A DNA stretch of 64,000 bases from an uncultured bacterium. GTDB lineage: Bacteria; Fermentibacterota; Fermentibacteria; Fermentibacterales; Fermentibacteraceae. The stretch covers positions 142,716-206,715 of the forward strand of contig CAZRWD010000003.1 in assembly GCA_964603785.1 (NCBI GenBank), read 5' to 3'. Position 1 is the first letter of the stretch, and the number at the start of each line of letters is the position of its first letter. Position numbers and translations under genes: made by a program. Of this stretch, positions 1-7,324 are shown piece after piece. The notes under the pieces are model-generated. The model searched no databases. It saw nothing but the letters and a program-made list of their open reading frames with translations, and was not told where the DNA came from.

Positions 1-10
1 GGCGACCAGG

Positions 11-1144
11 CTACCTCCTCTCATATGCCCTCCTTATGTCCATCCAGGGGGTCTCCAGGTAGTAGATGCCGCTGCCGTAGCGGTCGACGAAGAGCACCGT
101 GATGGCCGGGGAGAAGTAGGTCCAGACCTGATAGGGAAGGGTCTCCGTCTCGAAGGGCATGTCCGTGATGATGTCAGGCTCCCCGAGGAGCGCGTAGACC
201 TGACCCATGTCCGTGGTTATGCCGGGGCTTCCCAGCGCGGAGAAGCGGGTCACGTGGTCGAGCCTCTCGAGGTAGACTTCGAGGTACTCGTTCCGGCGCG
301 TCATGGGATTCGGGTCCCTCGACTGCCAGAACTCGGACATGACGGCCCTCCTCGCGGCTTCGGACCCTGCATCCTCGATCGCATCCAGCTCCTGCGACGT
401 TGCGATGGGACGGACGAGCCTCGCCGTCGTACCGGCGTCATGCCCCCACACGTCCCAGTCCTCGCGTATGTCCAGAGAGAGAGCGGATGCGGCGACGACG
501 CCGGTACCGAGGATCGCCGCGGTCAGGAGGTCGTACTCCCCGGAGGGGAGAGACGAGATGTCGGCCAGCACGTGGAAGCGGTTCTCCCCCTCGGGTTCCA
601 TCCAGCCCTCCGCTGCAGCGTTGCCGCGGCTGTCCCGCAGTATGTAGCCCGCGCGCAGCGAGTCGGGGAACTGCTCCCCCGACGGCTGGAAGACCTGCCA
701 GGAGAAGCCGACCTCGCCCGCGACCCGGCTCGAGCCGCCGGACAGCTGCAGAGCCGAGGAGGACCAGCTGCCGGACATCCGTACGGGCATGTCCAGCCTG
801 GCGCTCCGCGTCACCGCGGCGCCGGACTCGAGGTCGCGGAACACGAGTGTGAGGTCGTGGCTTCCCGGTTCGACACCCTCGATCACTATCGATCTGGACG
901 ATGGGAGGTCCGAAGGGACCACCGTCCCGCCATCCCGGGCGAAACCACCGCCGGACAGGCTTGCCACGATCTCGAAGGACGCGGCCTCCCGCCCGCTCTC
1001 GTGAACGAACACGAGATCGCCCTCCTCGAGCGTTGCCGTCACCGCCACGGAGCCTGGCTCCGCGTCGGTGGCGGGCACGACGGTCCAGCCGAGCTGGAGG
1101 CCCGTCACGCTCAGGAGGACGGCGGCTGCAATCGGCATCTTCAC
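11..1144 (-). CDS. Secreted GWxTD-domain protein
   Basis: N-terminal signal peptide (MPIAAAVLLSVTG). The C-terminal region has a GWxTD-like motif (GSPGITTDMGQVYALLGEPD) followed by conserved Y/W-rich segments. The track start is GTG; an in-frame ATG lies two codons downstream (about 1138). Confidence 0.55.
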   Translation of the reverse strand: MKMPIAAAVLLSVTGLQLGWTVVPATDAEPGSVAVTATLEEGDLVFVHESGREAASFEIVASLSGGGFARDGGTVVPSDLPSSRSIVIEGVEPGSHDLTLVFRDLESGAAVTRSARLDMPVRMSGSWSSSALQLSGGSSRVAGEVGFSWQVFQPSGEQFPDSLRAGYILRDSRGNAAAEGWMEPEGENRFHVLADISSLPSGEYDLLTAAILGTGVVAASALSLDIREDWDVWGHDAGTTARLVRPIATSQELDAIEDAGSEAARRAVMSEFWQSRDPNPMTRRNEYLEVYLERLDHVTRFSALGSPGITTDMGQVYALLGEPDIITDMPFETETLPYQVWTYFSPAITVLFVDRYGSGIYYLETPWMDIRRAYERR

Positions 1145-1193
1145 CTTCCGGACGGGGGGGAGGGACTGAAGGCCCCTCCCGCCCCCGTCTGCG

Positions 1194-2174
1194 CTAGAAC
1201 GCGAAGCCCAGGCTGGCCCTGTGCACCATGTCCAGCCTGTTGAAGTCGGCGTATGCGTAATCCAGCATTATGGTCTTGTCGCCTACGGGTATGCGGAAAC
1301 CGGCACCAGCCGTGAGGCCTTCCTCGTCGGTGTTGATCCGGTAGCCGCCCCTCACGGCGACTATCCCGTTGAACCAGTACTCGCCGCCGATGTTCACCTG
1401 CTCGACGTTGTCGTTGGGGTGGACACCGTCCACGGCGATCGTCAGGAAGTGCGGACCCTCGTCGATGACGTCCATGGCCATGCCCAGCTTGAAGGTCATG
1501 GGCAGGGAGTAGGGCAGGTACGCCTTGAGGGAGTCGGAGCCGCTGTAGTAGTTGTCGAAGTCGCCGCCCGGGGTGAGCTCGCCGCCGAAGTGCTGTATGG
1601 CCATGCCGATCCTCAGGGTCCTGAAGCCGGTGTTGTAGAGGGTCCCGAGATCGACCGCGAGGCCGGAGGCGGCAACGTCGTCCCACTCTTCGCGGACGTA
1701 CTTGAACGTCACGCCGGTGCTGAAGCGGTCGGTGAGCATCCGCGAGAACGTCAGCCCCACGACCATGTCGCTGCAGGTGAACGTCTCGCCGGTGCCTCCC
1801 GGCTGCTCTACCGTTGTGACATCCATGTCGCCGGAGTTGAGGAGCCCGAACTGCAGGGCGAAGGTGCCGACTCCGGGGAACTCCCTGGAGACTACACCCG
1901 CCTCGTAGCGGATCTCCTCGAACCACTCGGTGTGCGTGAGCTGCACCTGGGTGCCCGGCACCCTGATGAGGCATGCCGGATTCCACCAGGCGGCGCTCGC
2001 GTCGTCAGCGGTGGCGACGAAGGCCCCGCCCATGGCGGCGCCCCGGGTTCCCAGCCCTATCTTGAGGAACTGGGCGCCCGCCGTGCCCACCTTGGCGAAG
2101 CTGGCGTCGGCGACTGCCGGGAAGAGCAGGAGGACGGCAGCCGCTGCGGTCAGGAATCTTCCTGTCAGTCTCAT
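1194..2174 (-). CDS. porV: PorV/LptO-family outer-membrane beta-barrel (type IX secretion shuttle protein)
   Basis: Signal peptide, then the hallmark PorV motif GAQFLKIGLGTRGAAMGGAFVATADDASAAWWNPAGL. Alternating beta-strand pattern with an aromatic C-terminus (LGFAF). Confidence 0.65.
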   Translation of the reverse strand: MRLTGRFLTAAAAVLLLFPAVADASFAKVGTAGAQFLKIGLGTRGAAMGGAFVATADDASAAWWNPACLIRVPGTQVQLTHTEWFEEIRYEAGVVSREFPGVGTFALQFGLLNSGDMDVTTVEQPGGTGETFTCSDMVVGLTFSRMLTDRFSTGVTFKYVREEWDDVAASGLAVDLGTLYNTGFRTLRIGMAIQHFGGELTPGGDFDNYYSGSDSLKAYLPYSLPMTFKLGMAMDVIDEGPHFLTIAVDGVHPNDNVEQVNIGGEYWFNGIVAVRGGYRINTDEEGLTAGAGFRIPVGDKTIMLDYAYADFNRLDMVHRASLGFAF

Positions 2175-2188
2175 TGGCTTCCTCCTCC

Positions 2189-4417
2189 CTACTTGATGAT
2201 CGCGAACTTGCCGAGAACGGAGTCGTCGGAGGTCTCCACGCGGTAGATGTAGAGACCGGAGACGATCTCCTGATCGTTACGGCTTATGAGGTCCCAGTAC
2301 TCGGTTCCCTCGTCGCCGCCCCAGCCGCGGTGCTCGAGGGTGATCACATGGTCCCCGCCCAGGGTGTAGATGTAGATGTCGCACATGGCGGGGAGGTTGA
2401 TGAAGGCGATCTGGTCGAAGTAGGTCTGCTCCCAGGATGCGGAACCGCGGTAGGGGTTGGGGACGACCGAGATCTGGCTCAGATCGGACTGGGCGCTCCA
2501 GGAGGGGACCACCGAGAGCGGGGTGCCCTCGAGGGTCTGCTTGTAGTTGGAGCGGGTGCTCTCCACGCCGGTCTCGCCGTCGTAGGCGCAGACGACGTAG
2601 AAGTAGGGGAACCCGTTGACCACGGTGTTGTCGTCGTACGAGTAGGTTCCCGTGCCGGGGATCTCGGCGATGAGCTGCCAGCCCGACGGCTGGAAGGTGG
2701 TCCTGTAGACCCTGTATCCGCCGAATGGGTTGTAGGTCTCGGCGTTGGCGCCCCACTCGAGGTGCACGCACTGGTCCTGCGCCTCGTAGAAGAGGATGGG
2801 CGAGGGCGGGAGCTTCGGCACGCCCCAGCCGCCGTCGCGGTAGTAGGCGTCCAGCATGTTGTCGGCTGCGGCACGCAGGCCGTCGAGGCCCAGCGAGACG
2901 ATCCAGCCGCCTACGAAGAACAGGGAGTCGCCGTCGGCCAGCGTGCAGGGCCCCGCACTGATGAGGAACCTGTAGTCGAACACGGGGTAGCCCTGTCCCA
3001 TGGGGATCTCGTCGACGATCGGCCACGGGCCGGGGTTCTCGGGCTCGAAGGCCTCGGGGGTGCTCGGGTTCCCGACCCAGTCGACGAGATAGGACGGGCC
3101 GCTGCGGCGCCCGCTCAGGTCCGGGTTCACGCCCCACATCATGTTGTACTTCTCGATGTCGCTGCCCGGATCGCTCTCCCAGTTCCACCAGGAGTGCGAG
3201 ATCGGGATCGGGACGCCGTAGATGTCGATGGGTCTCTCGATGTCGCCGTTCGCCTTCTTGATCCAGAAGTCGAGCAGGCGCCAGCCGATGAAGCCGTTGC
3301 AGATGGGGATGTTGTCGGGCTCGCCCGAGTCGTCGAGGGACGAGGCCGGGCTGTCGCTGTCCCAGATGTAGCTCATGTTGCGGGGTACGACGAGGTAGGT
3401 CGTGTCGCCGACCGTGTGCTCCCAGTACTCGGGGGGCATGCCCTCCGAGAACAGCAGCAGGCCGGTGTTGGGCTCGGTCGCGAAGATCGTGTCTGCGCCC
3501 GCCACCTTCGCGATCACTGTGAAGTGATCGCTGACGCCGTTGCCGTCCACGTCGGCATCGACTATGCCGTCCGAGCCGATATAGTTGTAGTAGTACCAGA
3601 TGTTGTCCTCGGGCTCGGCGTACGAGGCGTCGGGGTTCTGCTGGTAGGTGAAGAAGTCGGCCTCGCTCGCCGGGGTGCCGTCGTCGAACTGGTAGTCGAA
3701 GGAGTTGTCGGGGTCGTTGCACCAGATGGCATGGCCGTCGTAGTAGACCATGTCGTCGAGGTGGCACTCGGTGACGTCGCCCGTGGCGATGTCGCAGTCA
3801 CCCCTCACGGCGGTCACGAAGCCGTCGAGAGGCACGCCGGGGTTGCCGTAGGCGCTCTGGTGGGTGACCACGTGACTGGTGACTATGAACTCGTTGTAGC
3901 CGGGCGTGCCCCAGGAGTAGTTCTCCTCGTAGACGAGAAGCCCGTAGGGGTCCACGTTCTTGGCCGGGTTCCAGTCGTCGTAGCCGTAGTGGCTCTCCTC
4001 GAGAGCGGTGGGGCCGGGAACCAGCTTCTCGAGGGGGAAGCCCTCGCTGGGCCAGAGTTCCCAGTTGCCGTAGTCGCTGCAGCTCGCCCACTTGGCGGCC
4101 GAGTCGCCCCACACCGTAACGGGGCCGTAGCAGCAGCTCCAGAAGTCGCCGCCGAAGAGGTAGCTGTTCGCCTCCCCTCCGGGCCATTCCATCGAAGGAT
4201 AGACGGCCCAGGGGTCGCCGTAGTCTCCGACGTTGAGGAACGCGCTCCAGAGGCTGCCCAGGTTGTGCAGGACCCAGGCGGCTGGCGGGCGCGCATCGGT
4301 GTGATCCACGGGCTCTGCCGTCTCGCGGATGTCCCTGGCTACGGACGTGCCGGCTCCGAGAGCCAGCATGAGGACCGCGAGGAGCAGAAGCCCGGGTCTG
4401 CGGCTGGAGTTCCTCAT
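2189..4417 (-). CDS. Large secreted protein with FN3-like domain and C-terminal T9SS/FlgD-Ig-like sorting domain (T9SS cargo)
   Basis: Likely true start at MRNSSRRPGLLLLAVLMLALGAG (signal peptide); the track ORF extends further upstream. Central FN3-like segment (VHLEWGANAETYNPFGGYRVYRTT). C-terminal about 80 aa (VVPNPYRGS...DIYIYTLGGDHV...SGLYIYRVETSDDSVLGKFAIIK) resembles T9SS C-terminal sorting domains. Lies immediately upstream of porV. Confidence 0.65.
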   Translation of the reverse strand: MRNSSRRPGLLLLAVLMLALGAGTSVARDIRETAEPVDHTDARPPAAWVLHNLGSLWSAFLNVGDYGDPWAVYPSMEWPGGEANSYLFGGDFWSCCYGPVTVWGDSAAKWASCSDYGNWELWPSEGFPLEKLVPGPTALEESHYGYDDWNPAKNVDPYGLLVYEENYSWGTPGYNEFIVTSHVVTHQSAYGNPGVPLDGFVTAVRGDCDIATGDVTECHLDDMVYYDGHAIWCNDPDNSFDYQFDDGTPASEADFFTYQQNPDASYAEPEDNIWYYYNYIGSDGIVDADVDGNGVSDHFTVIAKVAGADTIFATEPNTGLLLFSEGMPPEYWEHTVGDTTYLVVPRNMSYIWDSDSPASSLDDSGEPDNIPICNGFIGWRLLDFWIKKANGDIERPIDIYGVPIPISHSWWNWESDPGSDIEKYNMMWGVNPDLSGRRSGPSYLVDWVGNPSTPEAFEPENPGPWPIVDEIPMGQGYPVFDYRFLISAGPCTLADGDSLFFVGGWIVSLGLDGLRAAADNMLDAYYRDGGWGVPKLPPSPILFYEAQDQCVHLEWGANAETYNPFGGYRVYRTTFQPSGWQLIAEIPGTGTYSYDDNTVVNGFPYFYVVCAYDGETGVESTRSNYKQTLEGTPLSVVPSWSAQSDLSQISVVPNPYRGSASWEQTYFDQIAFINLPAMCDIYIYTLGGDHVITLEHRGWGGDEGTEYWDLISRNDQEIVSGLYIYRVETSDDSVLGKFAIIK

Positions 4418-4518
4418 ACCCTCATTCACCTCCAATTCATCCGACTGCATTTCCATCGGCCGCCCGGGGGAGCCGGCCGTCCGGTGGATTCGAGTAACAG
4501 ACATCGCACTCCTTGACA

Positions 4519-5190
4519 TCAGCTGGTCAGCGTGAAGCGGTAGGTGAGGGTGGTCCAGACCGCGACGGGTATGCCGTTGTTCTGGGCCGGGACCCACCTT
4601 GTGCGCCACGCGGACTCCTGGGCCGCGCTGTCCAGCGACTCGACGCCGCTGGAGTTGTAGAGCTGGACTCCGCCCACGGTGCCGTCGGTCTTCACGAACA
4701 CCCAGAGGGTGACGTTGCCTTCGACACCAGCCATCCTGGCCATCTCGGGATAGGCCGGCGCGGGCTGGAAGGTGCAGCTCGGAAAGACCTCCGCAGGCAT
4801 GAACCTGGGCGGGCCCATCTCGCCGTCTCCCGCTCCCACGTCCTCTACCGTCTGTGCGACGGTCGAGACGCTGGACAGGCCCACCGTATCGGCGCTCAGG
4901 GAGATGGTCACGTCGGTCTGCAGCTGCTCGATCATCTCCTCGGCCGCCTGCTGCATCTCCTCCTGCTGCTGCTCGACCTCCTCCTCCTGCTCCTCCATCT
5001 CGTCCTCGTACGCCAGGTCGGCCTCGACCGCCTCCATCTCGTTGTCGGAGGTGCGCGTCGAGATCCTGCCCAGCTCGCTGGGAGGAACAAGCTCCAGAAG
5101 CACGATCAGCGCGGCGAGAGCGCCGGCGGTGCCCCAGTCGTACCAGAGTGCGGAGCGTTCCTTGAAAGCACTGTTAGCATGCGTGCTCAC
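4519..5190 (-). CDS. tonB: Energy transducer TonB
   Basis: N-terminal TM (AGALAALIVLLEL), acidic/Glu-rich linker, and a C-terminal TonB domain (FQPAPAYPEMARMAGVEGNVTLWVFVKTDGTV...). Last gene of the exbB-exbD-exbD operon. Start is GTG in the track. Confidence 0.7.
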   Translation of the reverse strand: MSTHANSAFKERSALWYDWGTAGALAALIVLLELVPPSELGRISTRTSDNEMEAVEADLAYEDEMEEQEEEVEQQQEEMQQAAEEMIEQLQTDVTISLSADTVGLSSVSTVAQTVEDVGAGDGEMGPPRFMPAEVFPSCTFQPAPAYPEMARMAGVEGNVTLWVFVKTDGTVGGVQLYNSSGVESLDSAAQESAWRTRWVPAQNNGIPVAVWTTLTYRFTLTS

Positions 5191-5205
5191 AGTCCATCAC
5201 GCCCC

Positions 5206-5664
5206 TCAGTAGGAGTACTCGTCAGCGTTGAACATCACGCTGTAGAGCTCCTCGTAACGCATGGCGTTGAACAGCTCGACCATCGCCCCCATCGGGACCC
5301 TCTGGTCCACGTTGAAGATGATCACGTCGACGGCCTTGTTCTGCTCGCGCCAGAGCCTCTCGCTGAGTGTGCGCAGCTGGCCGGGGACGTCCCTCACGGG
5401 CATGTCGAAGTCCCCTATGCGCGCGACTATGTCGCTGCGGGGATCCCCGGGCTCGAGCTGCTTGATCCACACCCTCAGCGATAGCGACTGCCTCCCGACC
5501 TCGGTCATCACCTCGGGATGGGCCTGGGGGAAGCGGATGCTGAGCCCCCCCTCCTCCTTGAAGAGGGTCGTGCTCATGAAGAAGATGATCAGTATGAAGA
5601 CGAGGTCCGCCATCGTGGATGTGAAGATCTTGGCGCCGGCCCTGATCCTGCGTTTTACATGCAT
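5206..5664 (-). CDS. exbD: Biopolymer transport protein ExbD/TolR
   Basis: ExbD N-terminus (MADLVFILIIFFMSTTLF) and a size of about 150 aa. The start ATG overlaps the upstream exbD stop by 1 nt (TGATG). Confidence 0.75.
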   Translation of the reverse strand: MHVKRRIRAGAKIFTSTMADLVFILIIFFMSTTLFKEEGGLSIRFPQAHPEVMTEVGRQSLSLRVWIKQLEPGDPRSDIVARIGDFDMPVRDVPGQLRTLSERLWREQNKAVDVIIFNVDQRVPMGAMVELFNAMRYEELYSVMFNADEYSY

Positions 5665-6413
5665 CAGGCGCCACCCCCCGTCCGTTCCTGGATGGTTATG
5701 CCGGTACGGCTCACACCGTTACGGCGCAGCATGTCCAGCGCACGGACCATTCCGTTGTAGTCGCAGTCGGGGAAGAACTTGAGTATGACCACAAGCTCGC
5801 TCTCCCTGACCACGGTCGCTATCTCTCCCTGGACCGCGTCCGCGAGGACCAGCGTGTCGCCGAACGCGACCTGTCCGAAGAGGGGGTCGTTGTCCGACGA
5901 GATCCCGGAACCTATCAGGGACCTCATTATCCCCGGCCTCACCTGTGCGACGAGGTTCTCGCCCTCGACCGCCCTCTCGAGGCTGGCATAGGTCCCGGAT
6001 GGGAGGTCCATGGCGATCAGGAGGTTCTGGAGCAGCCGGCCCTTCGTCGCCGAGAGGGCTTCGACCCTGTCGGAGGCGAGGACCCTGATCCCGGAGACCA
6101 GGGAGTCGCTCTCGAGGCTGACGTCCTCACCTGCACGGGCCCTCTGGAGGGGACCTCCGGGGGGGGCCTGGTCGATGAGGGCGACGTACTCGTCGAGACC
6201 CCACTGCTTGACGGTCATCATGAGACGGTTGGTCTCGTCGATGACCACCTCCTCCGTCTGCTCGTCCGGCTTCTTCGGAAGCCTGTAGGAAATGCCCTTC
6301 TGGACCTCGAACGTCGTGGTCACGAGGAAGAAGATCAGCAGCAGGAATGCGATGTCCGACATCGACGCTTCCGGAATGTCCGCGCCCGTGGTCGGTTTCT
6401 TCAGAATCCGCAT
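5664..6413 (-). CDS. exbD: ExbD/TolR-family protein with extended C-terminal domain
   Basis: ExbD-like N-terminus (SMSDIAFLLLIFFLVTTTF) followed by a periplasmic domain of about 130 aa. Second exbD paralog in the operon. Confidence 0.65.
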   Translation of the reverse strand: MRILKKPTTGADIPEASMSDIAFLLLIFFLVTTTFEVQKGISYRLPKKPDEQTEEVVIDETNRLMMTVKQWGLDEYVALIDQAPPGGPLQRARAGEDVSLESDSLVSGIRVLASDRVEALSATKGRLLQNLLIAMDLPSGTYASLERAVEGENLVAQVRPGIMRSLIGSGISSDNDPLFGQVAFGDTLVLADAVQGEIATVVRESELVVILKFFPDCDYNGMVRALDMLRRNGVSRTGITIQERTGGGA

Positions 6414-6423
6414 GCGATCTCCC

Positions 6424-7245
6424 CTAGAGCTTCTTCAGAAGCTCCATGTCCGAGAGCGTATCGACGAGGAAGCCGCTCGCCTCCTCCATGTCGACCACGA
6501 ACTTGCCGATCAGGGCGATGAACCAGTTGTAGCAGAGCTGAATCGGGATAGCTATCGCCAGACCGGTGGCGGTCGTTATCAGGGCCTCCTGGATACCGCT
6601 GGCGACCAGGCTGGCCTCGACGTTCTTCGCCGCGGCGATGGCGCCGAAGGCGTTGATCATGCCCGAGACCGTCCCGAGGAAGCCCAGCATGGGGGCGACG
6701 CTGACGACGGAGGCCATGATGATGAGCCCCTTCTCGAGGAACGCCATCTCGACCTGTGCCGAGGTCTCTATGCCCTTCTCGACGGCCTCGAGGCCCTTGT
6801 CGCGCCTCAGCAGGCCCGCGCGCAGCACGGAGGAGACGGGGCCCCTCGTGCGGTCGCAGAGGTCCTCTGCCCCCTTGTGGTCGCCCTTGCGGAGATACCC
6901 CGCGAGCTGGTCGAGGAAGGTGGCCTGGCTGATCCTGCACTTGCCGAGGGTGATGAACCTCTCGACGGCCACGGCGACGCCGATGATGGCGCAGATGAGC
7001 AGCGGCCACATGAAGATGCCGCCGGCGATGAACAGGTCCTTGAGGTCCATCGAGGCGTTCTGGGGCCTCTCTATGTCCTCCCCTTCGGGAACGGTCGGGG
7101 TCTCCCCGGCCACCGGTGGAGTCTCCGGCTGTACGGGCTCTTCCACCTGCGCGGTCGTGTCGACCGGGGCGGCGGAGGCAGAATCCGGCGCCTGAGCCCA
7201 GGATACGGCAGCCAGCAAAAGGGCCGCCATGAGGATGTTACGCAT
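6424..7245 (-). CDS. exbB: MotA/TolQ/ExbB proton-channel protein
   Basis: Signal/TM segment and three TM helices with the characteristic ExbB core (MASVVSVAPMLGFLGTVSGMINAFGAIA). Position is immediately upstream of exbD. Confidence 0.75.
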   Translation of the reverse strand: MRNILMAALLLAAVSWAQAPDSASAAPVDTTAQVEEPVQPETPPVAGETPTVPEGEDIERPQNASMDLKDLFIAGGIFMWPLLICAIIGVAVAVERFITLGKCRISQATFLDQLAGYLRKGDHKGAEDLCDRTRGPVSSVLRAGLLRRDKGLEAVEKGIETSAQVEMAFLEKGLIIMASVVSVAPMLGFLGTVSGMINAFGAIAAAKNVEASLVASGIQEALITTATGLAIAIPIQLCYNWFIALIGKFVVDMEEASGFLVDTLSDMELLKKL

Positions 7246-7324
7246 GTAGGACTACTCCTTTGTCGGCTCTTCAGGGGCGGCCCCGCCGATCGCGGAGCCG
7301 CCCCCGGGATCTTTCAGCCTTCTC

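Noticed and set aside
254-4516. Long plus-strand ORFs (254..1243, 1221..2246, 2174..4516) antisense to the GWxTD, PorV and T9SS-cargo genes
   Set aside because: The translations are Arg/Pro/Gly/Ala-rich low-complexity strings with repeated homo-residue runs. They are typical of mirror-frame ORFs in DNA of about 68% GC. The opposite-strand proteins carry recognisable domains.
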